The notes under the pieces were generated by a model. The model was not told where the DNA came from and ran no database searches. It worked only from the letters and a program-made list of their open reading frames with translations. From positions 149,420,001 through 149,484,000 of the forward strand of contig NC_042999.1 of NCBI RefSeq assembly GCF_006345805.1: a stretch of 64,000 nucleotides of DNA. The letters are read 5' to 3'. This DNA is from Octopus sinensis (lineage: Eukaryota). Below, one piece after another: positions 50,399 through 62,979 of this stretch; within the stretch, counting starts at the first letter, position 1, and each line of letters begins with the position of its first letter. The position numbers and the translations under genes were made by a program.

Positions 50399-51005
50399 CC
50401 CTTTAGCATTTAAACCAGCCAAAATATACGACCAAAATATTCTCTGTGTTTTTATCTTCAAACTGGCCAGATCCAACACGTCATATTTACCCTAAAATAT
50501 TATTGTGAAAATAAACAATCACATGGTCGATGCCAGTGTTACACAACTGGCACCTGTGCCAGTGGCATGTAAAAAGCACCATTTGAACACTGGTCTTCAT
50601 GGAGGCAGTGACAAGTGATATACTGTGCTTGAGAAGACCTGTCAAGCCAAGTGAGATTGTAGTCATGGCTGATGCTGGTGTTACATAACTAACACCCATG
50701 TTGGTGGCATGTGAAAAGCACCCACTACACTCTTGGAGTGGTTGGCATTAGGAAGGGCATCCAGCTGTAGAAAACAAGCCAAATCAGACTGGAATCTGGT
50801 GCCACTCCCCAGCTAATCAGTAGTCAGTCAAATAATCCAACCCATGCCAACAAGGAACATGGACGTTAAATGATGATGATGATGATGATGATGATGTCAT
50901 TGATATCTCAAAGCTACAAGATAATGCATGATTAATTCAAATCAATGTAAATGAATAAGCATTACATTTGACAGAAGAATCTGAATGCTAAAGAATGCTA
51001 AAGAG
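50399..51005. mobile_element. piggyBac-type MITE interrupted by an RTE 3' end (about 50525-50895, +)
   Basis: TTAA-ccctttagcattt ... gaatgctaaagag-TTAA. Confidence 0.75.
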
Positions 51006-51089
51006 TTAAAAACCTTTCAACACATCAGTTATTGTTTGACTATATTTTTCTTTTACTTCTTTTCTCTCACCAGAAATTATTTTTGTTAC

Positions 51090-51460
51090 ATCACATCTAC
51101 GGTCTGGTTGGTGATCAAATAATAGTATCAAGGGAAGATTTGTGGTCTTTCCTAAGTCCATACAATATAGGCATGCTGTCGTTGTTAGTGGCCAAAACAT
51201 TGTTTCCAGTACATTTTCTTGGTTGGAGGATGTCAACATGACATTCTTATATAAGCATCAAAGAGCTTCTTTATCCTTTCGTTGTTCCTTCACCCATGTC
51301 ACTAATATGTGGATCTACCAATTGAACATAGTTTAGCAAACCATCTGCAAACATTTGGACAGACTTGTCCATCAGAGAAGAATGCTAATTTTCTATTTTT
51401 AATACACTGCTTCAGTTTTCTGAAACCATTTCCGACTCCAGTATCAAGTTAATCAGTATC
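51090..51460 (-). mobile_element. Penelope-like element reverse transcriptase N-terminal fragment (pseudogenised)
   Basis: Minus: GFRKLKQCIKNRKLAFF / MDKSVQMFADGLLNYVQLVDPHISD (51372 downward) / MPILYGLRKDHK (YGLRKDHK at 51139-51162) ...SPTRP, matching the PLE motifs (A/T)DK(G/S), YGLpKxHK and PxRP. Confidence 0.75.
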
Positions 51461-52451
51461 CGTCCTTTAATGTTTCCAGCTGTCTTAAATTTTGTCTTAG
51501 TTTCTTTTTAGCCAATGTAAAATGTTGCTTCTGTTTCCTTATTTGAATATAATGGAATACAGACATGCTTATTAAATGGTTGGATGTATGCATTTCATAT
51601 CATGATTTATCAGAAGGACTGGAGAAGGAGTTTTCATGGCTATTAGTATTGCTGTCATCTGTGTTAATCATGGGATTAGAGTTAAGATCAGCATTGTTGT
51701 TACCAATGTTTCATATTCCTGGGGGAGTTATTGCCGTTATGCCTGTTATTTATGAATTTTCATCCAATTTATGTGAAAGCCTTCCATACACAAGGTGATC
51801 AATAATATTAAGATGTCTATTTAAAATTGAAAATCTTTCACTCAAACTAGATGGCAATTACCATGTTTCAGGTTCAGTCCCACTGTAGGACACCTTGCGC
51901 AAGTGTCTTCTACTACAGGCCTGATAGACGGAAACTGCAAGAAGCCTGTCATATGTGTGTATATATATGTATATGTGTATGCAATGGTCTTTGTGTCGAT
52001 CTACCCCACCAACTGCTTGAAAACTGATGTTGGTTTATGTCTCTGATTTAGCAATTCAGCATAAGGAGATCAATGGGATAAGTACTAAATATTTAAAAAA
52101 AAAAAAAAAAAGGATACTGGGGTCAATTTGCTCTATTTAAAACCCTTCAAGGCGGTACTCCAGCATGGCCGCCAACAAATGACTGAAACAAGTAAAAGGT
52201 AATGCAAAAATGGAGAAGAACCACAGAAACATTGACATAGAAAATGTTAATAGCAGGAATATTGAAAATGAACTCCCTCCATAGTAATAATTGTATCTTG
52301 GTTGGAACCAAACCTAGATATACACAGGTATGAGATGGTGCATAGTCATGAGAGACCAAAATAATCAATAAAAAAAAAACAACTTAATGTCAGTACAAAT
52401 ATATATAATTGGTAAAGGACTGAGTATATAAAAATACAGAATATATATATA

Positions 52452-52530
52452 TGTGCTGATGAAAGGAATATTGGAATAGGGTTGTATTTCTAGCATCTCT
52501 ATATCTAATTAACCCAGAAATGCGTTCACA
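52452..52530 (+). ncRNA. Type-I hammerhead-like motif with canonical CUGAUGA core and long stem II region
   Basis: UGUG-CUGAUGA (52456-52462)...GAAA (52517-52520)-UGCG-UU-CACA; stem I UGUG/CACA; adjacent to (TA)n. Confidence 0.4.
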
Positions 52531-52722
52531 AGTAATCTTTCGAGTGAACTTTCGTTATTTTTCCCTCTATACCGACGTGTAATGTTTTCGAGTATACATT
52601 GTCTGGGAGACTCTTCTTAAAGTAGAAGAAATAGCTAAATTCTTTGGCTGCTATTTCTAAAAGTTCGGTGTGTGGTAAAGCAATTTTTTTGCTGAACCCT
52701 ATTATATAAAATAATGTTTGTT

Positions 52723-52753
<31 letters not shown>

Positions 52754-53100
52754 GAGACCATCACCTCGTGGCCTATGCCAGGGGTGTGACCAGCCCACTT
52801 ATGCATACCTTTCCTTCATTGGACACTAAACTCCTACGACTGCAAGTCCGCTGCCCTAACCACTGGGCCATTGCGCCTCCACACATATATAAATATATAT
52901 ACACACACACACACTCAGAGCATAGACTGCAAAGAAAGTAGTCACTAGAGAGATTAACGATAAAGTTAATAACCCAGAAAATGAAAAGCTAGTCAAGTCA
53001 GAATCTCTTGAAAGAGAATTAATAAAGTTAAATGTCTTCTCCAAAGAAGATAGTTCTTACGATTTACTATTTATAGTTTGTAAATCATAAAGTTAATTGG

Positions 53101-53272
53101 TTAAAATGGTTGACTTTGTTTACTTACAAGGTTTTCACATTCTTTTCCCTTTCTCCAAATATATTTCATTACACTAGTGGTTCCCAACCACTTTTTGCCT
53201 ATGGACCCCATTTATTCCACAGGCAGCAAGTAATTTCATAGCTATTCAATGATTAAAAACTCCCTTTATATT
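53101..53272 (+). repeat. Direct copy of 53931-54102 (flank plus hAT left end)
   Basis: Same sequence at an 830-bp offset; TIR starts at 53175 and 54005. Confidence 0.85.
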
Positions 53273-54004
53273 AAAAATTCCTTCAATATTTATATTAAAA
53301 ACTCCCTTTATGACTTATGTTAAAACTCCCTTTATCATCATCATCATCATCATTGTTTAATGTCTTTTTTCCATGCTGACATGGGTTGGATGGTTTGACT
53401 GAGGACTGGAGAGCCAGCAGCTGCACCAGGCTCCAGTCTAATCTGGCATTGTTTCTACAGCTGGATGCCCTTCCTAACACCAACAACTCTGAGAGTGTAG
53501 TGGGTGCTTTTTACATGCCATCAGCATAGGAGCCAGTCAGGTGGGCTTGGTATTGATCAGATTCAGATAGTGGTTTTTACATGTCACTGGCACAGAGACC
53601 AGTCAGTAGGTATTGGCATTGGCCATGTTCAGATGGTGCTTTTTACGTGCCACCGGCAAGAGAGCCAGTCAGGGGTTACTGGCATCAACCATGTTCAGGT
53701 GTTGCTTTTTACGTGCTATTGGCATGGGGGCCAGTCAGGGGGCACTGACCACAACTACAATATTGGTTTTATATTAAAATCTCCTTTATATTTATATTAA
53801 AAACTCCCTTTATAATTTACTGAAATTTCAAAAAAAAAAAATGTTACAAGGTGTTATATGATGTGCTTGACCAGAATTCGACTGCTGGTTTTGTTAGTTC
53901 GAGAAGTGTTGATCTTGAATTCATACTTGCTTTAAATGGCTGAGATTGTATATTCACAAGGTTTCTACATTCTGTCCCCTTTCCCCAAATATATCTCATT
54001 AAAC

Positions 54005-54238
54005 TAGTGGTTTTCAACCATTTTTTGCTTATGGACCCCTTTGATCCCACAGGGAGCAAGTAATTTCATACCTATTCAATGATTAAAAACTCCCTTTATA
54101 TTTTTATGATTAAATATTATTAGGAATTGTATTTAAAAAATGTGTAACATAGAAACATAACCAATTTATTGTACATAAATCTTTAAGAAAACTTTGTGGA
54201 CCCTCAAGGGCTGTATGGACCCTGGTTGAAAACCACTG
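54005..54238. mobile_element. hAT-type MITE
   Basis: TIRs tagtggttttcaacca / tggttgaaaaccactg; TSD cattaaac / tattaaac. Confidence 0.85.
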
Positions 54239-55237
54239 TATTAAACTGTAACAGTGGAAGATGGATGTGATTTATTGGGTATTATCTGAGGCATCCAGAG
54301 TTTCCCTGCCATCCAGATAATCACCTGGGAACTGATCTATGAGAAAAGGAACTGTAGGTAACCACCTGAAACCTTCAAAACCTTGATGAACTTTGGGGTA
54401 CTGTTGATAGTGGAAAAGAATATATGGTACATGTCATTGTGCTTGATATAAATACAAGTGGTAGTCAACAGATAATAACAATGATGACAACGATGAAGAT
54501 GATGATGATAATGACAATGATGATAACGATGATGATGGTTAAAATAATCATCATCATCATCATCATCGTTTAACGTCCGTTCTCCATGCTATGGCGATGA
54601 TAATAATGATGGGAATGATGATGATAATGATGATAAGGGCAATGATGAAATGATGGTGATGATGGCAATGATGATGATAATGATGGAAATGATGGTGGTC
54701 GTTGTGATTTATTTTAGCAATTTACAGTTTGCTGATGGTGTAAGTGTAGATAGCTGTTGAATAGGAAGGAAAATAACCCAAACAAACTTATAAGCGATGT
54801 TCAAAAATCAATAAAGATTTATTAACGATAATGTAAACCACTTCACAGAGAAACAGAACTGAAGAAAATATACATCCAAAGATCTGGAGAGAAACAGCAG
54901 ATATTTTTGCCAAAGATGTTCTACAAGTGAATCCAAATACCCAGTTTTCAGCTAAGGGACAGCGCTGATGATGAAAGTTACATACAGCACTGTAGTGAAT
55001 GGTAAATTTAATTTCTTCACCATCATCATTTTATTATACTCGCATGGAACAATGATAATGAGGAACTTAAATTGATGAAGGTTTTAAACAATGATGTTAA
55101 TTAGAAGATATTTAAATTGGGTTGGATGGGTCACATCACTTGTTGTTATCTACATCTTGCATTTACAGTAACAGAGAAAATAAACCAGAAGCAATGGAGA
55201 AGATTCTCCATATAGAAGGACCAAAGTGTCTCTTTTG

Positions 55238-55268
<31 letters not shown>

Positions 55269-55967
55269 CTCTTAACATTACTCCACTTCTTGAAAGCACA
55301 TAGTGATGTGGTTTGAAGATCTCATCCATATATTCCATTCTTGGTATGATTTCTATGGCAGGATGCTCTTCCTATATGCAACCACTTAACTGAATCTACA
55401 GAGTGCTTCTTATTACAAAACTAGTTCTAAAGAGGTTAACTGCAACAAAACTAAAGAACCATCTCAAAACTTGTATCAATTTTTATTCAGAATCATTCCT
55501 CTCCAAGACAAGCTGCTTATTCCTCAACTCATAGTTATCTCATCTCCTCACTTGTTTGGCATAGTTATCACGATCGGATGCCATTGTCTGGAGTTAATTC
55601 CCTGCTAGGATGAAGGGCTACATTCACTGTCTTTGGAGCTCTCAGTAGCAGGCAGTATGGTTATTATCTCCACTATGTAGGTAAAGTGAAGCATGTTACA
55701 GTAGTACTGTTGTGGCTGGGTACGATGCTGTTTCTAATGTGTGTGAAGATAGTAAAGACATGTAGTTGACATTACAACTTCTCATCCTAGACTAATGACA
55801 GCAGAGCAGATAACTGTCAGGCTCTATGGGTTAGGATACCATTTCATACCCACCTAAGGATTCATTAAAGAGAAGAATGGACTGATAAGATCTGGATATT
55901 TTAGAATAGTGATGATCAAGTAAGATCTGGTGGTGGTTTGTATCAAAGAAAGTTAATCCATAGGCAT

Positions 55968-56395
55968 TCATCATCATCATCATCATCATCGTTTAGCGTC
56001 CGTTTTCCATGCTAGCATGGGTTGGACGGTTCAACTGGGGTCTGTGAAGCCAGAAGGCTTCATCAGGCCTAGTCAGATCTGGCAGTGTTTCTACGGCTGG
56101 ATGCCCTTCCTAACGCCAACCACTCCGTGAGTGCAGTGGGTGCTTTTTATGTGCCACCCGCACAGGTGCCAGACAGAGCTGGCAAACGACCACGAACGGA
56201 TGGTGCTTTTTATGTGCCACTGGCACGGGGGCCAGGCGAGGCTGGCAACGGACACGAACGGATGGTGCTTTTTACGTGCCACCGACACGAGGCCAGTCGG
56301 GGCGGCGCTGGCAACAGTCACGAACGGATGGTTTTCTTACATGCCACCGGCACTGGTAACACATCTGCAATTTCCATTGATCGATTTCGATTCGA
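55968..56395 (-). mobile_element. Young RTE-LINE 3' end with tandem ~60-bp modules
   Basis: cacgaacggatggtgctttt.a.gtgccac repeated three times; (CAT)n at the left end. Confidence 0.85.
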
Positions 56396-57348
56396 AAAAA
56401 TTGTCAGTGAGCATGAAACCATGTGGCTGTGAAGTAAACTTCTTAACCATACATCGTAGAGCCATGCCGACATCTATCTGTCCACATAATAAAACTTTGC
56501 TTGCAGATCTAGTTCTCATGATGTGCCATTGTTCTTACATGGAAACAGAAATGACTCCCTAACTTTGAAATAACTTCTTTACAAAATGAGATTCTTTGCA
56601 AATCTTTCTACAGACTTATCTACAAAGAAATATGGAAACAGGCTGAACCAACAGCATGCCACTCAGTCTTAAGAGTCAAAAAGGACAGAAATCATTGAAA
56701 GAAACCTGCTTTACACACACACACACACACGTGTGTGTATATGTGTCTTTGTGACAACCCACCAATGCTTGACAACTGGTGTTGGTGTGTTTACATCCCC
56801 ATAACTTAGTGCTTCAGCAAAAGAGATTGATAGAATAAGTAGCAATCATAACAAAAAACAAAAAAAAAAGCATTGGAGTCAATTCATTCAACTAAAAATT
56901 CTTCAAGGCAGTGCCCCAGCATGGCCACAGTCTAATGAAACAAGTAAAAGATGATGAAGAAGTCTCTATGCAGTTGCTCAACCTACACAAAATGCCAGCC
57001 AAATCTCCCTCAAAATCATGCCAGACTCTTTATAAAGGGTTTCATAATGGTTAAGATATTCGTTATTTTGCAATGCTGGTCATTTGCAATGGACTGGTGT
57101 TCTTTCCAAAAATAGAGATTCTCTGCAACCATTAAATGATATAAAGATTTTATTAAACATCAGCAGACCATAACTACCAATACAGGAAATGGAGAGAAAG
57201 AAAAAAAAACAACAAGAAAACACAAGAGAAACAAAAGCTAAAAACAATACAAGAGAGAGTGACAGGAGTCAAATATTAAAAAGCTCCGCCAAAATTTCTA
57301 CTTAGTCATGTCAAACCAATCCACTTAATATCATTTGAGACATCAGTC

Positions 57349-57383
<35 letters not shown>

Positions 57384-57409
57384 TAATAATGATGATGATA
57401 ATAATAGTA

Positions 57410-57440
<31 letters not shown>

Positions 57441-57939
57441 AATAATAATAAATATTAATAAATGATAATGAATAATAATGGTGCATTATGGATCAAACAG
57501 ATATGTTCTGAATACAACGGAACAAGGTTTTGCTACAGAGTTACAATCTAAGGCTAGAAACTTTTTAAATTATAAACACAACCATCATGACGACCACCAC
57601 TGCTGCTGCCGCCACTCCACTTACCAAACCATATAATATCTGGCAGAATCAGCTGCGATATTGATTAAACAGTAGGTTTCTCAATTGTCGCACAATGTTT
57701 GGAGTTGAGACATTGAAAGGAATTTATGTATGTGGTAGAAAAACGGTAAAATACGTAAGGAGAGCTAATAAAAGGTGAAAAAAGAAAATCTTGATGATGG
57801 AGGAGGAAGGAAGCTGTGTGGAGGTGGTGATGGAAGTGATGGAGTGAAGAGAAAAGTGTATGATGACATTGGCAATGATGTTGCCGAGAGAGAAATAAAA
57901 TGACGGTGTTGGTAACATGTTACTTCAGAATTAGCTGAG

Positions 57940-57944
<5 letters not shown>

Positions 57945-57998
<54 letters not shown>

Positions 57999-58187
57999 AA
58001 TATATATACATACATACATACACACAAACATATACGTATATGTATATATATATATACATGCACACACACACCTATATATATACACACACATTGATATATA
58101 CCCAGACAAATATATATATATATATATAGACACATATACATATATGTATATATATGCATGCATACACACATCGATATATACCCAGAC

Positions 58188-58238
<51 letters not shown>

Positions 58239-58445
58239 TATACGTATATGTATATATACGCATATGTGTCTATATATATATATGTGTCTATATATATATG
58301 CATGCACACACACATTGATATATACCCAGACATATATATACATACATACATACACACATATACGTATATGTATATATATGCATGCACACACACACACACA
58401 CACACACATTGATATATACCCAGATATATATATATATATATATAT
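57945..58445. repeat. Higher-order microsatellite repeat with anchor t(t/c)gatatatacccaga
   Basis: Anchor at about 58091, 58171, 58315 and 58409 between (TA)n/(CA)n runs. Confidence 0.85.
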
Positions 58446-59518
58446 TCTAGCAATAGGTTTCTAGAGATTTCTTTAAAACCACCATAAGTGAGATGTCATT
58501 TGTCAGTATGAATTAAATGTTTGGAAGTGACAAGTGTACATCTATGTGTGCATGTAAGTATTATCATTAAAAAGGCGGTGGATTGACAAAATCAGTAGAG
58601 CATCATGTAAAATGCTTTGTGGTATTTCTCACAGTTCTTTACATCCTCAATTTAAATCCAATGGCAAGATCTTCTAAAGTCTGCAAAAAAAAGTGATGAT
58701 TTAATTGTCTTACACCCTCTCCAAAATTCCAGGCCTTCTGCTTGTGTTAGAAACAATTATTATCATTATTTTTTTTTTATTAAGGTGGTGAGCTAGCAGA
58801 TTTGTTAGCTTTCTGGGAAATGTGCTTTCTGTCATTTCGTCTGTCCTTACGTTCTGAGTTCAAATTCTGCTGAGGTCGATTTTACTTTGCATCCTTTCGG
58901 GGGCAGAGTTTCTACAGCTGGATGCCCTTCCTAACGCCAACCACTCCAAGAATGTAGTGGGTGCTTTTACGTGCCCCCGGCATGAGGACTGGTCAGGCGG
59001 TACTGGCAACGGCCACTCTCAAATGGTGTTTTTTTTTACGTGCCACTTGCACAGGAACCAGTCCAGCGCTACTGGCAACGACCTCACTCGAATGTTTTTT
59101 TCCCATACCACCGGCACAAGTGCCAGTAAGGCGACGCTGGTAATAATATATAGCATAAAACATAACATAATATTATATAAATTATTATAAAAAAACCATA
59201 AAATTCCAACAAAATGTTTTAGCTTATATATATGTTTTCTGATATACATAATCACAGTTCAATTATATATAAGCCACTTCAGGGTAAATTGGTTCAGGAA
59301 GATGAAATCCCATCTGGAAAGGATGGCTGAATTGTAAAACTTAATTCAAATGCCTGTGTTATGAGCATGAGTGTTAATTAAAATTTGAAAACAACAATAA
59401 ACTCAAGTATGTTCAATCCCCAACCGTAGAAATTCATTTCATTATATCTCAAACACATACCAATTGAAACCCTCTTATGTCCAAGATAGTCTTTTGTCAT
59501 CACAACATACAATAATAA

Positions 59519-59559
<41 letters not shown>

Positions 59560-59563
<4 letters not shown>

Positions 59564-59664
59564 AGAATTCACAAAAAAACAAAAGACGAAGACAGGTGGT
59601 GTAGACAAAAAACAGATGTATTAGTATAACACTTGGGAAGTGAAAAAGTCTTTAATGTTTCAAG

Positions 59665-59668
<4 letters not shown>
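59560..59668 (-). mobile_element. Fragment of the same Penelope-type terminal repeat, inside (TA)n
   Basis: aaaagacgaagacaggtggtgta...cagatgtattagtataac matches about 10873-10975. Confidence 0.75.
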
Positions 59669-59712
<44 letters not shown>

Positions 59713-59911
59713 ATATACATACATATATATACGGTAAAGTGGTAGGCATCAGGAAGGCCATTCAGCCATAGAAACTATGCTAAAGTAGGCAATGGAACAG
59801 GATGCAGTCCTTGGACCTGTCTGATCCTGTCAAATGATCCAACCCATTCCAGGAGCATGGAGGTTAAAAGATTTTTATCATCATCATTATTATTGTTATA
59901 TTTAGGCAGTA

Positions 59912-62490
59912 GAAGGTGGCGAGCTGGCAGAAACATTAACAGGCCGGGCAAAATGCTTAGCGGTATTTCGTCTGTCTTTACACTCTGAGTTCAAATTCCA
60001 CCGAGGTCAACTTTGCTTTTCATCCTTTCAGGGTCAATAAATTAAGTACCAGTTACCTTCTGGGTCAATCTAATCGACTGGCCCCTTCCCAGAAATTTTG
60101 GGCCTTATGCCTAGAGTAGACAAGTATATTCAGGCAGTAGGCTGGTAGAAATGTTAGCATGCCAGAAAAAATGCTAAGCATTTTACCCATCTTTACAATA
60201 TGAATTCAAATTCCACCAAGGTCAGCTTTGCTTTACATCCTTTCAGGGTTGAAGAACTAAGTACCAGTTGTGCATTGGGGTTGACAATTGACTCTCCCTG
60301 CCAAATTTTAGGGTCAACATAGTCGACCCTCCCGGCCAAATTTCAGGCCTCATGGCTATTGTAGAAAGGATTATTAAAGCTGCAAGCTAGCAGAACTATT
60401 AGCATGCCAGATGGAATGCTCAGCAACATTTTGTTCATCTTTACATTCTGAATTGAATTTTCACCAAGGTCAATTTTGCCTTTCATCTTTCAGAGTTGAC
60501 AAAAAAAGTACCAGTTGCATACTGGGATTAATGTAATCAATTATTTCCCTCCCCACAAAATTTTAGTCCTTGTGCATATAGTTGTTTGTTCCTTCTTGAG
60601 CCATGCCTGGCTCATAAGGGCTGGTTTCCCAATTTCATTGACGTATAGGTTCCCCACCTGCAAGATGCAGGGGGAAAGGGTAAGAGAAAGTTGTGATGAG
60701 AGAGTCAGCAGAAGTTCACTGTTACCTTCTGCCAGAGCTGCATGGAGCTTAGGTGTTTCGCTCATAAACACATACATCACCAGGTTTGAGATTTGAACCT
60801 GCAATCCCTCAACTGCGAGTCCACTGCTCTAACCACTATGCCATGTGCCTCTACGCATATAATACAAAGGATTGTTATTTCTATAAGGATGGTGGATAGT
60901 TTGAACCATTATAGTGTTGGATAAAATACCTTCGGGTTCTTTTCCAGTACCTTATTGTCCGAGTTAAAATCCCACCCCACTGAGGTTAACTTTGACTTCC
61001 ATCCTTCCACAGTTGGTAAAATAAAGTACCAGTGAAGTACAAAACTCAAAGTCATCAACAAAACTCCTCTCTACATATTTGATGGATTTGTGCTCATACT
61101 GGAAACAATTAGAAAATAAGTGAATTGGTAGATTAGTGAAAGCATCAGAAAAATGCCATACAGTATTAGTTCTAGCTCTTTAGGTTCTGAGGTCAAATTC
61201 CACCATGGTAAACTTTGCCTTTTATCATTTGGGGAGCCAAAATAAATTAGCAGTCAAGTACGAAAGCCAAAGTTATCAACAAACCCCACCTCCTCATATT
61301 TGATGGCTTTGTACTCATATTATTCTTCAGCCTAGTACTTATTCGATTGGTCTCTTTTACCAAACCACTAAGTTATGGGGATGTAAACACACCAACATTG
61401 GTTGTCAAGCGATGGTGTGGTGGGGACAAACACAGACACACAAAGTTTCTTTCAGTTTCCCTCTACCAAATCCACTCACAAGGCTTTGGTCGGCTCAAGG
61501 ATATAGTAGAAGATTCTTGCCTGAGGTGCTACACAATGGCACTGAACCTGGTACCATGTGGTTGTGAAGCAAGCTTCTTACCACACAGCCATGCTATTGG
61601 AAACAATGGTAAAACAAGTGAATCGGTAGGTTTGTGAGAGCATCAGAAAAATGCCATACAGTATTTGTTCTAGAGCTTTTTGTTCTGATTTCAAATTCCA
61701 CCATGGTAAACTTTGCCTTTTATCATTTTGAGGGTCAATAAAATAAAATACCTGTCTAGTACAGGAGTTAATGTAATTGACTGATCCTGTCCCACTAAAA
61801 TATTCTTTTCTACTCTAGGCACAAGGCCCAAAATTTTTGGGGTGGGGGACCAGTCGATTAGATCGACCCCAGTATGCAATTGGTACTTAATTTATCAGCC
61901 CTGAAAGGATGAAAAGCAAAGTCGACCTCGGTGGAATTTGAACTCAGAACCTAAAGACAGACAAAATACCTATTTCTTTACTACCCACAAGGGCCTAAAC
62001 ACAGAGGACAAACAAGGACAGACAAACGGATTAAGTCGATTATATCGACCCCAGTGCGTAACTGGTACTTAATTTATCGACCCCGAAAGGATGAAAGGCA
62101 AAGTCGACCTCGGCAGGATTTGAACTCAGAATGTAGCGACAGACAAAATACTGCTAAGCATTTCATCTGGCATGCTAATGATTCTGCCAGCTCACCATCT
62201 TTTATCCCACTAAAATATTGCTGGTCTTTTGCTGAACTTTCAAACTATTATTATGTTATATTATCATTATCATTAAGGCAGCAACATAGCAGAGCTGTTA
62301 GCATGCTGGGACAAAGTGCTTGGTGGAATTTCTTCTGACTTTACCTTCTGAGTTCAAATTCTGCTGAGGTTGATTTTGCCCTTCATTGTTTTGGGGATTG
62401 AATCAATAAGTACCAGTTGAGTGCTGGAGCCAGTGTGATCAACTAACCCCTCAGCACAAATTTCAAGCCTATTGCCTATATTAGAAAGGA
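59912..62490. mobile_element. Cluster of family C SINE units (head-to-tail plus-strand units, dimer at 61801-62200 on minus) with SINE A and F insertions
   Basis: Central ctttgcctttcatcc block recurs about nine times. Confidence 0.8.
60583..60855 (-). mobile_element. tRNA-derived SINE family F
   Basis: Minus gaggcacatggcatagtggttagagcag A-box, ggttcaaatctc B-box, tail ggcatggctcaagaaggaacaaacaac. Confidence 0.75.
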
Positions 62491-62749
62491 TTATTATTAT
62501 TTTTGATATAGTCATGTAAACATGGCAGCGAGCAAAGGCAGTAAGCTGTCAAGTACGAGGGTGGGGGTGGTTGATGTAATTGATTTGGCCTCTCACCTCA
62601 AAACTGATAGCCTTGTGCCAAAATTAGAAAGAATTATTATTATTATTATTATTATTATTGAGTCATATAGCCAAAGACTGGGCTTGAATTTCCCTGTGCC
62701 ACATGCTTAGCAATATTTTATCAGACCATCCTTCATTTGCATTTAAACA

Positions 62750-62787
<38 letters not shown>

Positions 62788-62921
62788 AAGGTTAAAAAAA
62801 AATAATTTTTTTTTGTCTTGAGGTGGGCGAGGAAAGGTTTCCTGTAATTTGGAGATATCAAATATCTCGCCTGATCAAAATAGTATGCATATATGTGTAT
62901 ATGCATATATGTGTATATGTA

Positions 62922-62979
<58 letters not shown>

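Noticed and set aside
51032-51241. Plus-strand terminal exon after a strong polypyrimidine tract
   Set aside because: Better explained as the antisense of the Penelope RT relic
54848-54970. Protein-like frame RNRTEENIHPKIWRETADIFAKDVLQVNPNTQFSAKGQR
   Set aside because: Weak acceptor, short, no recognisable family
57765-58464. Long ORFs up to 214 aa (also 40793-41615 and 15215-15781)
   Set aside because: YI/CV/HT dipeptide runs from dinucleotide repeats
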